Source: Eledone cirrhosa (taxonomy: Eukaryota). From it: a DNA stretch of 64,000 nucleotides. Within the stretch, counting starts at the first letter, position 1; every line of letters starts with the position of its first letter. Made by a program: the position numbers and the translations under genes. Location: positions 35,030,001-35,094,000 of the forward strand of contig OZ024754.1 in NCBI GenBank assembly GCA_964016885.1. Direction: 5' to 3'. Below the pieces are notes generated by a model. The model made no database searches. It was not told the origin of the DNA and was given only the letters and a program-made list of their open reading frames with translations. This document shows positions 1-15,000 of this stretch, in pieces.

Positions 1-3000
1 TATAGAAAGAAACTAAAGAATGTTGATGAAGTGTATACAGAAAGAAACTAAAGAATGTTGATGAAGTGTATACAGAAAGAAACTAAAGAATGTAGATGAA
101 GTGTATACAGAAAGAAACTAAAGAATGTTGATGAAGTGTATACAGAAAGAAACTAAAGAATGTAGATGAAGTGTATACAGAAAGAAACTAAAGAATGTAG
201 ATGAAGTGTATATAGAAAGAAACTAAAGAATGTTGATGAAGTGTATACAGAAAGAAACTAAAGAATGTAGATGAAGTGTATATAGAAAGAAACTAAAGAA
301 TGTTGATGAAGTGTATACAGAAGAAAGTTACAGAAAGAACTAAAGAATGTAGATGAAGTGTATATAGAAAGAAACTAAAGAATGTTGATGAAGTGTATAC
401 AGAAAGAAACTAAAGGATGTTGATGAAGCGTATATAGAAAGAAACTAAAGAATGTTGATGAAGTGTATACAGAAAGAAACTAAAGAATGTAGATGAAGTG
501 TATATAGAAAGAAACTAAAGAATGTTGATGAAGTGTATACAGAAAGAAACTAAAGAATGTTGATGAAGTGTATATAGAAAGAAACTAAAGAATGTTGATG
601 AAGTGTATACAGAAAGAAACTAAAGAATGTAGATGAAGTGTATATAGAAAGAAACTAAAGAATGTTGATGAAGTGTATACAGAAAGAAACTAAAGAATGT
701 TGATGAAGTGTATATAGAAAGAAACTAAAGAATGTTGATGAAGTGTATACAGAAAGAAACTAAAGAATGTAGATGAAGTGTATATAGAAAGAAACTAAAG
801 AATGTTGATGAAGTGTATACAGAAAGAAACTAAAGAATGTTGATGAAGTGTATATAGAAAGAAACTAAAGAATGTAGATGAAGTGTATATAGAAAGAAAC
901 TAAAGAATGTTGATGAAGTGTATACAGAAAGAAACTAAAGAATGTAGATGAAGTGTATATAGAAAGAAACTAAAGAATGTTGATGAAGTGTATACAGAAA
1001 GAAACTAAAGAATGTTGATGAAGTGTATATAGAAAGAAACTAAAGAATGTTGATGAAGTGTATACAGAAAGAAACTAAAGAATGTAGATGAAGTGTATAT
1101 AGAAAGAAACTAAAGAATGTTGATGAAGTGTATACAGAAAGAAACTAAAGAATGTTGATGAAGTGTATATAGAAAGAAACTAAAGAATGTTGATGAAGTG
1201 TATACAGAAAGAAACTAAAGAATGTAGATGAAGTGTATATAGAAAGAAACTAAAGAATGTTGATGAAGTGTATACAGAAAGAAACTGAAGAATGTTGATG
1301 AAGTGTATATAGAAAGAAACTAAAGAATGTAGATGAAGTGTATATAGAAAGAAACTAAAGAATGTTGATGAAGTGTATACAGAAAGAAACTAAAGAATGT
1401 AGATGAAGTGTATATAGAAAGAAACTAAAGAATGTTGATGAAGTGTATACAGAAAGAAACTAAAGAATGTAGATGAAGTGTATATAGAAAGAAACTAAAG
1501 AATGTTGATGAAGTGTATACAGAAAGAAACTGAAAAATGTTGATGAAGTGTATATAGAAAGAAACTAAAGAATGTAGATGAAGTGTATATAGAAAGAAAC
1601 TAAAGAATGTTGATGAAGTGTATACAGAAAGAAACTAAAGAATGTAGATGAAGTGTATATAGAAAGAAACTAAAGAATGTTGATGAAGTGTATACAGAAA
1701 GAAACTAAAGAATGTTGATGAAGTGTATATAGAAAAGAAACTAAAGAATGTAGATGAAGTGTATATAGAAAGAAACTAAACAATGTAGATGAAGTGTATA
1801 CAGAAGGAAACTAAAGAATGTTGATGAAGTGTATATAGAAAGAAACTAAAGAATGTAGATGAAGTGTATATAGAAAGAAACTAAAGAATGTTGATGAAGT
1901 GTATACAGAAAGAAACTAAAGAATGTAGATGAAGTGTATATAGAAAGAAACTAAAGAATGTTGATGAAGTGTATACAGAAAGAAACTAAAGAATGTTGAT
2001 GAAGTGTATATAGAAAGAAACTAAAGAATGTAGATGAAGTGTATACAGAAAGAAACTAAAGAATGTAGATGAAGTGTATACAGAAAGAAACTAAAGAATG
2101 TTGATGAAGTGTATACAGAAAGAAACTAAAGAATGTAGATGAAGTGTATACAGAAAGAAACTAAAGAATGTTGATGAAGTGTATATAGAAAGAAACTAAA
2201 GAATGTAGATGAAGTGTATACAGAAAGAAACTAAAGAATGTTGATGAAGTGTATATAGAAAGAACTAAAGAATGTTGATGAAGTGTATACAGAAAGAAAC
2301 TAAAGAATGTAGATGAAGTGTATATAGAAAGAAACTAAAGAATGTTGATGAAGTGTATACAGAAAGAAACTAAAGAATGTTGATGAAGTGTATATAGAAA
2401 GAAACTAAAGAATGTAGATGAAGTGTATATAGAAAGAAACTAAAGAATGTTGATGAAGTGTATACAGAAAGAAACTAAAGAATGTAGATGAAGTGTATAT
2501 AGAAAGAAACTAAAGAATGTTGATGAAGTGTATACAGAAAGAAACTAAAGAATGTAGATGAAGTGTATATAGAAAGAAACTAAAGAATGTTGATGAAGTG
2601 TATACAGAAAGAAACTAAAGAATGTAGATGAAGTGTATATAGAAAGAAACTAAAGAATGTTGATGAAGTGTATACAGAAAGAAACTAAAGAATGTAGATG
2701 AAGTGTATATAGAAAGAAACTAAAGAATGTTGATGAAGTGTATACAGAAAGAAACTAAAGAATGTTGATGAAGTGTATATAGAAAGAAACTAAAGAATGT
2801 TGATGAAGTGTATACAGAAAGAAACTAAAGAATGTAGATGAAGTGTATATAGAAAGAAACTAAAGAATGTTGATGAAGTGTATACAGAAAGAAACTAAAG
2901 AATGTTGATGAAGTGTATATAGAAAGAAACTAAAGAATGTTGATGAAGTGTATACAGAAAGAAACTAAAGAATGTAGATGAAGTGTATATAGAAAGAAAC

Positions 3001-6000
3001 TAAAGAATGTTGATGAAGTGTATACAGAAAGAAACTAAAGAATGTTGATGAAGTGTATATAGAAAGAAACTAAAGAATGTTGATGAAGTGTATACAGAAA
3101 GAAACTAAAGAATGTAGATGAAGTGTATATAGAAAGAAACTAAAGAATGTTGATGAAGTGTATACAGAAAGAAACTAAAGAATGTTGATGAAGTGTATAT
3201 AGAAAGAAACTAAAGAATGTAGATGAAGTGTATATAGAAAGAAACTAAAGAATGTTGATGAAGTGTATACAGAAAGAAACTAAAGAATGTAGATGAAGTG
3301 TATATAGAAAGAAACTAAAGAATGTTGATGAAGTGTATACAGAAAGAAACTAAAGAATGTTGATGAAGTGTATATAGAAAGAAACTAAAGAATGTTGATG
3401 AAGTGTATACAGAAAGAAACTAAAGAATGTAGATGAAGTGTATATAGAAAGAAACTAAAGAATGTTGATGAAGTGTATACAGAAAGAAACTAAAGAATGT
3501 TGATGAAGTGTATATAGAAAGAAACTAAAGAATGTTGATGAAGTGTATACAGAAAGAAACTAAAGAATGTAGATGAAGTGTATATAGAAAGAAACTAAAG
3601 AATGTTGATGAAGTGTATACAGAAAGAAACTGAAAGAATGTTGATGAAGTGTATATAGAAAGAAACTAAAGAATGTAGATGAAGTGTATATAGAAAGAAA
3701 CTAAAGAATGTTGATGAAGTGTATACAGAAAGAAACTAAAGAATGTAGATGAAGTGTATATAGAAAGAAACTAAAGAATGTTGATGAAGTGTATACAGAA
3801 AGAAACTAAAGAATGTAGATGAAGTGTATATAGAAAGAAACTAAAGAATGTTGATGAAGTGTATATAGAAAGAAACTAAAGAATGTAGATGAAGTGTATA
3901 CAGAAAGAAACTAAAGAATGTTGATGAAGTGTATATAGAAAGAAACTAAAGAATGTAGATGAAGTGTATATAGAAAGAAACTAAAGAATGTTGATGAAGT
4001 GTATACAGAAAGAAACTAAAGAATGTAGATGAAGTGTATATAGAAAGAAACTAAAGAATGTTGATGAAGTGTATACAGAAAGAAACTAAAGAATGTTGAT
4101 GAAGTGTATATAGAAAGAAACTAAAGAATGTAGATGAAGTGTATATAGAAAGAAACTAAAGAATGTTGATGAAGTGTATACAGAAAGAAACTAAAGAATG
4201 TTGATGAAGTGTATATAGAAAGAAACTAAAGAATGTTGATGAAGTGTATACAGAAAGAAACTAAAGAATGTAGATGAAGTGTATACTAGAAAGAAACTAA
4301 AGAATGTTGATGAAGTGTATATAGAAAGAAACTAAACGAATGTAGATGAAGTGTATACAGAAAGAAACTAAGAATGTTGATGAAGTGTATATAGAAAGAA
4401 ACTAAAGAATGTAGATGAAGTGTATATAGAAAGAAACTAAAGAATGTTGATGAAGTGTCTACAGACAGAACTAAAGAATGTAGATGAAGTGTATATAGAA
4501 AGAAACTAAAGAATGTTGATGAAGTGTATACAGAAAGAAACTAAAGAATGTTGATGAAGTGTATACAGAAAGAAACTAAAGAATGTAGATGAAGTGTATA
4601 CAGAAAGAAACTAAAGAATGTTGATGAAGTGTATACAGAAAGAAACTAAAGAATGTAGATGAAGTGTATACAGACAGAACTAAAGAATGTAGATGAAGTG
4701 TATATAGAAAGAAACTAAAGAATGTTGATGAAGTGAATACAGAAGAAACTAAAGAATGTAGATGAAGTGTATATAGAAAGAAACTAAAGAATGTTGATGA
4801 AGTGTATACAGAAAGAAACTAAAGAATGTAGATGAAGTGTATATAGAAAGAAACTAAAGAATGTTGATGAAGTGTATACAGAAAGAAACTAAAGAATGTT
4901 GATGAAGCTGTATATAGAAAGAAACTAAAGAATGTTGATGAAGTGTATACAGAAAGAAACTAAAGAATGTAGATGAAGTGTATATAGAAAGAAACTAAAG
5001 AATGTTGATGAAGTGTATACAGAAAGAAACTAAAGAATGTTGATGAAGTGTATATAGAAAGAAACTAAAGAATGTTGATGAAGTGTATACAGAAAGAAAC
5101 TAAAGAATGTAGATGAAGTGTATATAGAAAGAAACTAAAGAATGTTGATGAAGTGTATACAGAAAGAAACTAAAGAATGTAGATGAAGTGTATATAGAAA
5201 GAAACTAAAGAATGTTGATGAAGTGTATACAGAAAGAAACTAAAGAATGTAGATGAAGTGTATATAGAAAGAAACTAAAGAATGTTGATGAAGTGTATAC
5301 AGAAAGAAACTAAAGAATGTAGATGAAGTGTATACAGAAAGAAACTAAAGAATGTTGATGAAGTGTATATAGAAAGAAACTAAAGAATGTAGATGAAGTG
5401 TATACAGAAAGAAACTAAAGAATGTTGATGAAGTGTATATAGAAAGAAACTAAAGAATGTTGATGAAGTGTATACAGAAAGAAACTAAAGAATGTAGATG
5501 AAGTGTATATAGAAAGAAACTAAAGAATGTTGATGAAGTGTATACAGAAAGAAACTAAAGAATGTTGATGAAGTGTATATAGAAAGAAACTAAAGAATGT
5601 AGATGAAGTGTATATAGAAAGAAACTAAAGAATGTTGATGAAGTGTATACAGAAAGAAACTAAAGAATGTAGATGAAGTGTATATAGAAAGAAACTAAAG
5701 AATGTTGATGAAGTGTATACAGAAAGAAACTAAAGAATGTAGATGAAGTGTATATAGAAAGAAACTAAAGAATGTTGATGAAGTGTATACAGAAAGAAAC
5801 TAAAGAATGTAGATGAAGTGTATATAGAAAGAAACTAAAGAATGTTGATGAAGTGTATACAGAAAGAAACTAAAGAATGTTGATGAAGTGTATATAGAAA
5901 GAAACTAAAGAATGTTGATGAAGTGTATACAGAAAGAAAACTAAAGAATGTTGATGAAGTGTATATAGAAAGAAACTAAAGAATGTTGATGAAGTGTATA

Positions 6001-9000
6001 CAGAAAGAAACTAAAGAATGTAGATGAAGTGTATATAGAAAGAAACTAAAGAATGTTGATGAAGTGTATACAGAAAGAAACTAAAGAATGTTGATGAAGT
6101 GTATATAGAAAGAAACTAAAGAATGTTGATGAAGTGTATACAGAAAGAAACTAAAGAATGTAGATGAAGTGTATATAGAAAGAAACTAAAGAATGTTGAT
6201 GAAGTGTATACAGAAAGAAACTAAAGAATGTTGATGAAGTGTATATAGAAAGAAACTAAAGAATGTTGATGAAGTGTATACAGAAAGAAACTAAAGAATG
6301 TAGATGAAGTGTATATAGAAAGAAACTAAAGAATGTTGATGAAGTGTATACAGAAAGAAACTAAAGAATGTTGATGAAGTGTATATAGAAAGAAACTAAA
6401 GAATGTAGATGAAGTGTATATAGAAAGAAACTAAAGAATGTTGATGAAGTGTATACAGAAAGAAACTAAAGAATGTAGATGAAGTGTATTATAGAAAGAA
6501 ACTAAAGAATGTTGATGAAGTGTATACAGAAAGAAACTAAAGAATGTTGATGAAGTGTATATAGAAAGAAACTAAAGAATGTTGATGAAGTGTATACAGA
6601 AAGAAACTAAAGAATGTAGATGAAGTGTATATAGAAAGAAACTAAAGAATGTTGATGAAGTGTATACAGAAAGAAACTAAAGAATGTTGATGAAGTGTAT
6701 ATAGAAAGAAACTAAAGAATGTTGATGAAGTGTATACAGAAAGAAACTAAAGAATGTAGATGAAGTGTATATAGAAAGAAACTAAAGAATGTTGATGAAG
6801 TGTATACAGAAAGAAACTAAAGAATGTTGATGAAGTGTATATAGAAAGAAACTAAAGAATGTAGATGAAGTGTATATAGAAAGAAACTAAAGAATGTTGA
6901 TGAAGTGTTATACAGAAAGAAACTAAAGAATGTAGATGAAGTGTATATAGAAAGAAACTAAAGAATGTTGATGAAGTGTATACAGAAAGAAACTAAAGAA
7001 TGTTGATGAAGTGTATATAGAAAGAAACTAAAGAATGTTGATGAAGTGTATACTAGAAAAGAAACTAAAGAATGTAGATGAAGTGTATATAGAAAGAAAC
7101 TAAAGAATGTTGATGAAGTGTATATAGAAAGAAACTAAAGAATGTAGATGAAGTGTATATAGAAAGAAACTAAAGAATGTTGATGAAGTGTATACAGAAA
7201 GAAACTAAAGAATGTAGATGAAGTGTATATAGAAAGAAACTAAAGAATGTTGATGAAGTGTATACAGAAAGAAACTAAAGAATGTTGATGAAGTGTATAT
7301 AGAAAGAAACTAAAGAATGTAGATGAAGTGTATATAGAAAGAAACTAAAGAATGTTGATGAAGTGTATACAGAAAGAAACTAAAGAATGTTGATGAAGTG
7401 TATATAGAAAGAAACTAAAGAATGTTGATGAAGTGTATACAGAAAGAAACTAAAGAATGTAGATGAAGTGTATATAGAAAGAAACTAAAGAATGTTGATG
7501 AAGTGTATAGTNNNNNNNNNNNNNNNNNNNNNNNNNNNNNNNNNNNNNNNNNNNNNNNNNNNNNNNNNNNNNNNNNNNNNNNNNNNNNNNNNNNNNNNNN
7601 NNNNNNNNNNNNNNNNNNNNNNNNNNNNNNNNNNNNNNNNNNNNNNNNNNNNNNNNNNNNNNNNNNNNNNNNNNNNNNNNNNNNNNNNNNNNNNNNNNNN
7701 NNNNNNNNNNNTAAAGAATGTAGATGAAGTGTATATAGAAGAAACTAAAGAATGTTGATGAAGTGTCTACAGAAAGAAACTAAAGAATGTAGATGAAGTG
7801 TATATAGAAAGAAACTAAAGAATGTTGATGAAGTGTATACAGAAAGAAACTAAAAAATGTTGATGAAGTGTATATAGAAAGAAACTAAAGAATGTTGAAG
7901 AAGTCTATATAGAAAGAAACTAAAGAATGTTGATGAAGTGTATATAGAAAGAAACTAAAGAATGTTGATGAAGTGTATACAGAAAGAAACTAAAGAATGT
8001 TGATGAAGTGTATATAGAAAGAAACTAAAGAATGTTGATGAAGTGTATATAGAAAGAAACTAAAGAATGTAGATGAAGTGTATATAGAAGAAACTAAACA
8101 ATGTAGATGAAGTGTATACAGAAAGAAACTAAAGAATGTTGATGAAGTGTAAACAGAAAGAAACTAAAGAATGTTGATGAAGTGTATATAGAAAGAAACT
8201 AAAGAATGTTGATGAAGTGTATATAGAAAGAAACTAAAGAATGTTGATGAAGTGTATACAGGAAGAAACTAAAGAATGTTGATGAAGTGTATACAGAAAG
8301 AAACTAAAGAATGTTGATGAAGTGTATATAGAAAGAAACTAAAGAATGTTGATGAAGTGTATATAGAAAGAAACTAAAGAATGTAGATGAAGTGTATATA
8401 GAAAGAAACTAAACAATGTAGATGAAGTGTATACAGAAAGAAACTAAAGAATGTTGATGAAGTGTATACAGAAAGAAACTAAAGAATGTTGATGAAGTGT
8501 ATATAGAAAGAAACTAAAGAATGTTGATGAAGTGTATACAGAAAGAAACTAAAGAATGTAGATGAAGTGTATATAGAAAGAAACTAAAGAATGTTGATGA
8601 AGTGTATACAGAAAGAAACTAAAGAATGTTGATGAAGTGTATATAGAAAGAAACTAAAGAATGTAGATGAAGTGTATATAGAAAGAAACTAAACAATGTA
8701 GATGAAGTGTATACAGAAAGAAACTAAAGAATGTTGATGAAGTGTATATAGAAAGAAACTAAAGAATGTAGATGAAGTGTATATAGAAAGAAACTAAAGA
8801 ATGTTGATGAAGTGTATACAGAAAGAAACTAAAGAATGTAGATGAAGTGTATATAGAAAGAAACTAAAGAATGTTGATGAAGTGTATACAGAAAGAAACT
8901 AAAGAATGTTGATGAAGTGTATATAGAAAGAAACTAAAGAATGTAGATGAAGTGTATATAGAAAGAAACTAAAGAATGTTGATGAAGTGTATACAAAAAG

Positions 9001-12000
9001 AAACTAAAGAATGTTGATGAAGTGTAAATAGAAGGAAACTAAAGAATGTTGATGAAGTGTATACAGAAAGAAACTAAAGAATGTAGATGAAGTGTATATA
9101 GAAAGAAACTAAAGAATGTTGATGAAGTGTATATAGAAAGAAACTAAACAATGTAGATGAAGTGTATACAGAAAGAAACTAAAGAATGTTGATGAAGTGT
9201 ATATAGAAAGAAACTAAAGAATGTAGATGAAGTGTATATAGAAAGAAACTAAAGAATGTTGATGAAGTGTCTACAGAAAGAAACTAAAGAATGTAGATGA
9301 AGTGTATATAGAAAGAAACTAAAGAATGTTGATGAAGTGTATACAGAAAGAAACTAAAAAATGTTGATGAAGTGTATATAGAAAGAAACTAAAGAATGTT
9401 GAAGAAGTCTATATAGAAAGAAACTAAAGAATGTTGATGAAGTGTATATAGAAAGAAACTAAAGAATGTTGATGAAGTGTATACAGAAAGAAACTAAAGA
9501 ATGTTGATGAAGTGTATATAGAAAGAAACTAAAGAATGTTGATGAAGTGTATATAGAAAGAAACTAAAGAATGTAGATGAAGTGTATATAGAAAGAAACT
9601 AAACAATGTAGATGAAGTGTATATAGAAAGAAACTAAAGAATGTTGATGAAGTGTATACAGAAAGAAACTAAAGAATGTTGATGAAGTGTATATAGAAAG
9701 AAACTAAAGAATGTTGATGAAGTGTATATAGAAAGAAACTAAAGAATGTTGATGAAGTGTATACAGGAAGAAACTAAAGAATGTTGATGAAGTGTATACA
9801 GAAAGAAACTAAAGAATGTTGATGAAGTGTATATAGAAAGAAACTAAAGAATGTTGATGAAGTGTATATAGAAAGAAACTAAAGAATGTAGATGAAGTGT
9901 ATATAGAAAGAAACTAAACAATGTAGATGAAGTGTATACAGAAAGAAACTAAAGAATGTTGATGAAGTGTATACAGAAAGAAACTAAAGAATGTTGATGA
10001 AGTGTATATAGAAAGAAACTAAAGAATGTTGATGAAGTGTATATAGAAAGAAACTAAAGAATGTTGATGAAGTGTATACAGAAAGAAACTAAAGAATGTT
10101 GATGAAGTGTATACAGAAAGAAACTAAAGAATGTAGATGAAGTGTATATAGAAAGAAACTAAAGAATGTTGATGAAGTGTATACAGAAAGAAACTAAAGA
10201 ATGTAGATGAAGTGTATATAGAAAAAACTAAACAATGTTGATGAAGTGTATACAGAAAGAAACTAAAGAATGTTGATGAATTGTATATAGAAAGAAACTA
10301 AAGAATGTTGATGAAGTGTATATAGAAAGAAACTAAAGAATGTTGATGAAGTGTATATAGAAAGAAACTAAAGAATATAGATGAAGTGTATATAGAAAGA
10401 AACTAAACAATGTAGATGAAGTGTATACAGAAAGAAACTAAAGAATGATGATGAAGTGTATATAGAAAGAAACTAAAGAATGTAGATGAAGTGTATATAG
10501 AAAGAAACTAAAGAATGTTGATGAAGTGTATACAGAAAGAAACTAAAGAATGTAGATGAAGTGTATATAGAAAAAACTAAACAATGTTGATGAAGTGTAT
10601 ACAGAAAGAAACTAAAGAATGTTGATGAATTGTATATAGAAAGAAACTAAAGAATGTTGATGAAGTGTATATAGAAAGAAACTAAAGAATGTAGATGAAG
10701 TGTATGTAGAAAGAAACTAAACAATGTAGATGAAGTGTATACAGAAAGAAACTAAAGAATGTTGATGAAGTGTATATAGAAAGAAACTAAAGAATGTAGA
10801 TGAAGTGTATATAGAAAGAAACTAAAGAATGTTGATGAAGTGTATACAGAAAGAAACTAAAGAATGTAGATGAAGTGTATATAGAAAGAAACTAAAGAAT
10901 GTTGATGAAGTGTATACAGAAAGAAACTAAAGAATGTTGATGAAGTGTATATAGAAAGAAACTAAAGAATGTTGAAGAAGTGTATATAGAAAGAAACTAA
11001 AGAATGTTGATGAAGTGTATATAGAAAGAAACTAAAGAATGTTGATGAAGTGTATACAGAAAGAAACTAAAGAATGTTGATGAAGTGTATATAGAAAGAA
11101 ACTAAAGAATGTTGATGAAGTGTATATAGAAAGAAACTAAAGAATGTAGATGAAGTGTATATAGAAAGAAACTAAACAATGTAGATGAAGTGTATACAGA
11201 AAGAAACTAAAGAATGTTGATGAAGTGTATACAGAAAGAAACTAAAGAATGTTGATGAAGTGTATATAGAAAGAAATTAAACAATGTAGATGAAGTGTAT
11301 ACAGAAAGAAACTAAAAATGTTGATGAAGTGTATACAGAAAGAAACTAAAGAATGTTGATGAAGTGTATATAGAAAGAAACTAAAGAATGTAGATGAAGT
11401 GTATATAGAAAGAAACTAAACAATGTAGATGAAGTGTATACAGAAAGAAACTAAAGAATGTTGATGAAGTGTATACAGAAAGAAACTAAAGAATGTTGAT
11501 GAAGTGTATATAGAAAGAAACTAAAGAATGTAGATGAAGTGTATATAGAAAGAAACTAAACAATGTAGATGAAGTGTATACAGAAAGAAACTAAAGAATG
11601 TTGATGAAGTGTATACAGAAAGAAACTAAAGAATGTTGATGAAGTGTATATAGAAAGAAACTAAAGAATGTTGATGAAGTGTATATAGAAAGAAACTAAA
11701 GAATGTAGATGAAGTGTATATAGAAAGAAACTAAACAATGTAGATGAAGTATATACAGAAAGAATCTAAAGAATGTTGATGAAGTGTATACAGAAAGAAA
11801 CTAAAGAATGTTGATGAAGTGTATATAGAAAGAAACTAAAGAATGTTGATGAACTGTATACAGAAAGAAACTAAAGAATGTTGATGAAGTGTATACAGAA
11901 AGAAACTAAAGAATGTTGATGAAGTGTATATAGAAAGAAACTAAAGAATGTTGATGAAGTGTATATAGAAAGAAACTAAAGAATGTAGATGAAGTGTATA

Positions 12001-15000
12001 TAGAAAGAAACTAAACAATGTAGATGAAGTGTATACAGAAAGAAACTAAAGAATGTTGATGAAGTGTATACAGAAAGAAACTAAAGAATGTAGATGAAGT
12101 GTATATAGAAAGAAACTAAAGAATGTTGATGAAGTGTATACAGAAAGAAACTAAAGAATGTTGATGAAGTGTATATAGAAAGAAACTAAAGAATGTAGAT
12201 GAAGTGTATATAGAAAGAAACTAAACAATGTAGATGAAGTGTATACAGAAAGAAACTAAAGAATGTTGATGAAGTGTATATAGAAAGAAACTAAAGAATG
12301 TAGATGAAGTGTATATAGAAAGAAACTAAAGAATGTTGATGAAGTGTATACAGAAAGAAACTAAAGAATGTAGATGAAGTGTATATAGAAAGAAACTAAA
12401 GAATGTTGATGAAGTGTATACAGAAAGAAACTAAAGAATGTTGATGAAGTGTATATAGAAAGAATCTAAAGAATGTAGATGAAGTGTATATAGAAAGAAA
12501 CTAAAGAATGTTGATGAAGTGTATACAGAAAGAAACTAAAGAATGTTGATGAAGTGTATATAGAAAGAAACTAAAGAATGTTGATGAAGTGTATACAGAA
12601 AGAAACTAAAGAATGTAGATGAAGTGTATATAGAAAGAAACTAAAGAATGTTGATGAAGTGTATATAGAAAGAAACTAAACAATGTAGATGAAGTGTATA
12701 CAGAAAGAAACTAAAGAATGTTGATGAAGTGTATATAGAAAGAAACTAAAGAATGTAGATGAAGTGTATATAGAAAGAAACTAAAGAATGTTGATGAAGT
12801 GTATACAGAAAGAAACTAAAGAATGTAGATGAAGTGTATATAGAAAGAAACTAAAGAATGTTGATGAAGTGTATACAGAAAGAAACTAAAGAATGTTGAT
12901 GAAGTGTATATAGAAAGAAACTAAAGAATGTAGATGAAGTGTATATAGAAAGAAACTAAACAATGTAGATGAAGTGTATACAGAAAGAAACTAAAGAATG
13001 TTGATGAAGTGTATATAGAAAGAAACTAAAGAATGTAGATGAAGTGTATATAGAAAGAAACTAAAGAATGTTGATGAAGTGTATACAGAAAGAAACTAAA
13101 GAATGTAGATGAAGTGTATATAGAAAGAAACTAAAGAATGTTGATGAAGTGTATACAGAAAGAAACTAAAGAATGTTGATGAAGTGTATATAGAAAGAAT
13201 CTAAAGAATGTAGATGAAGTGTATATAGAAAGAAACTAAAGAATGTTGATGAAGTGTATACAGAAAGAAACTAAAGAATGTTGATGAAGTGTATATAGAA
13301 AGAAACTAAAGAATGTTGATGAAGTGTATACAGAAAGAAACTAAAGAATGTAGATGAAGTGTATATAGAAAGAAACTAAAGAATGTTGATGAAGTGTATA
13401 TAGAAAGAAACTAAACAATGTAGATGAAGTGTATACAGAAAGAAACTAAAGAATGTTGATGAAGTGTATATAGAAAGAAACTAAAGAATGTAGATGAAGT
13501 GTATATAGAAAGAAACTAAAGAATGTTGATGAAGTGTCTACAGAAAGAAACTAAAGAATGTAGATGAAGTGTATATAGAAAGAAACTAAAGAATGTTGAT
13601 GAAGTGTATACAGAAAGAAACTAAAGAATGTTGATGAAGTGTATACAGAAAGAAACTAAAGAATGTAGATGAAGTGTATACAGAAAGAAACTAAAGAATG
13701 TTGATGAAGTGTATATAGAAAGAAACTAAAGAATGTTGATGAAGTGTATACAGAAAGAAACTAAAGAATGTAGATGAAGTGTATATAGAAAGAAACTAAA
13801 GAATGTTGATGAAGTGTATACAGAAAGAAACTAAAGAATGTTGATGTAGTGTATATAGAAAGAAACTAAAGAATGTTGATGAAGTGTATACAGAAAGAAA
13901 CTAAAGAATGTAGATGAAGTGTATATAGAAAGAAACTAAAGAATGTTGATGAAGTGTATACAGAAAGAAACTGAAGAATGTTGATGAAGTGTATATAGAA
14001 AGAAACTAAAGAATGTAGATGAAGTGTATATAGAGAGAAACTAAAGAATGTTGATGAAGTGTATACAGAAAGAAACTAAAGAATGTAGATGAAGTGTATA
14101 TAGAAAGAAACTAAAGAATGTTGATGAAGTGTATATAGAAAGAAACTAAAGAATGTTGATGAAGTGTATACAGAAAGAAACTAAAGAATGTAGATGAAGT
14201 GTATATAGAAAGAAACTAAAGAATGTTGATGAAGTGTATACAGAAAGAAACTAAAGAATGTTGATGAAGTGTATATAGAAAGAAACTAAAGAATGTTGAT
14301 GAAGTGTATACAGAAAGAAACTAAAGAATGTAGATGAAGTGTATATAGAAAGAAACTAAAGAATGTTGATGAAGTGTATACAGAAAGAAACTAAAGAATG
14401 TTGATGAAGTGTATATAGAAAGAAACTAAAGAATGTAGATGAAGTGTATATAGAAAGAAACTAAAGAATGTTGATGAAGTGTATACAGAAAGAAACTAAA
14501 GAATGTAGATGAAGTGTATATAGAAAGAAACTAAAGAATGTTGATGAAGTGTATATAGAAAGAAACTAAAGAATGTTGATGAAGTGTATACAGAAAGAAA
14601 CTAAAGAATGTAGATGAAGTGTATATAGAAAGAAACTAAAGAATGTTGATGAAGTGTATACAGAAAGAAACTAAAGAATGTTGATGTAGTGTATATAGAA
14701 AGAAACTAAAGAATGTTGATGAAGTGTATACAGAAAGAAACTAAAGAATGTAGATGAAGTGTATATAGAAAGAAACTAAAGAATGTTGATGAAGTGTATA
14801 CAGAAAGAAACTGAAGAATGTTGATGAAGTGTATATAGAAAGAAACTAAAGAATGTAGATGAAGTGTATATAGAGAGAAACTAAAGAATGTTGATGAAGT
14901 GTATACAGAAAGAAACTAAAGAATGTAGATGAAGTGTATATAGAAAGAAACTAAAGAATGTTGATGAAGTGTATACAGAAAGAAACTAAAGAATGTTGAT

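Noticed and set aside
7492-7758. ORFs spanning the N run
   Set aside because: Artefacts of translating the gap.
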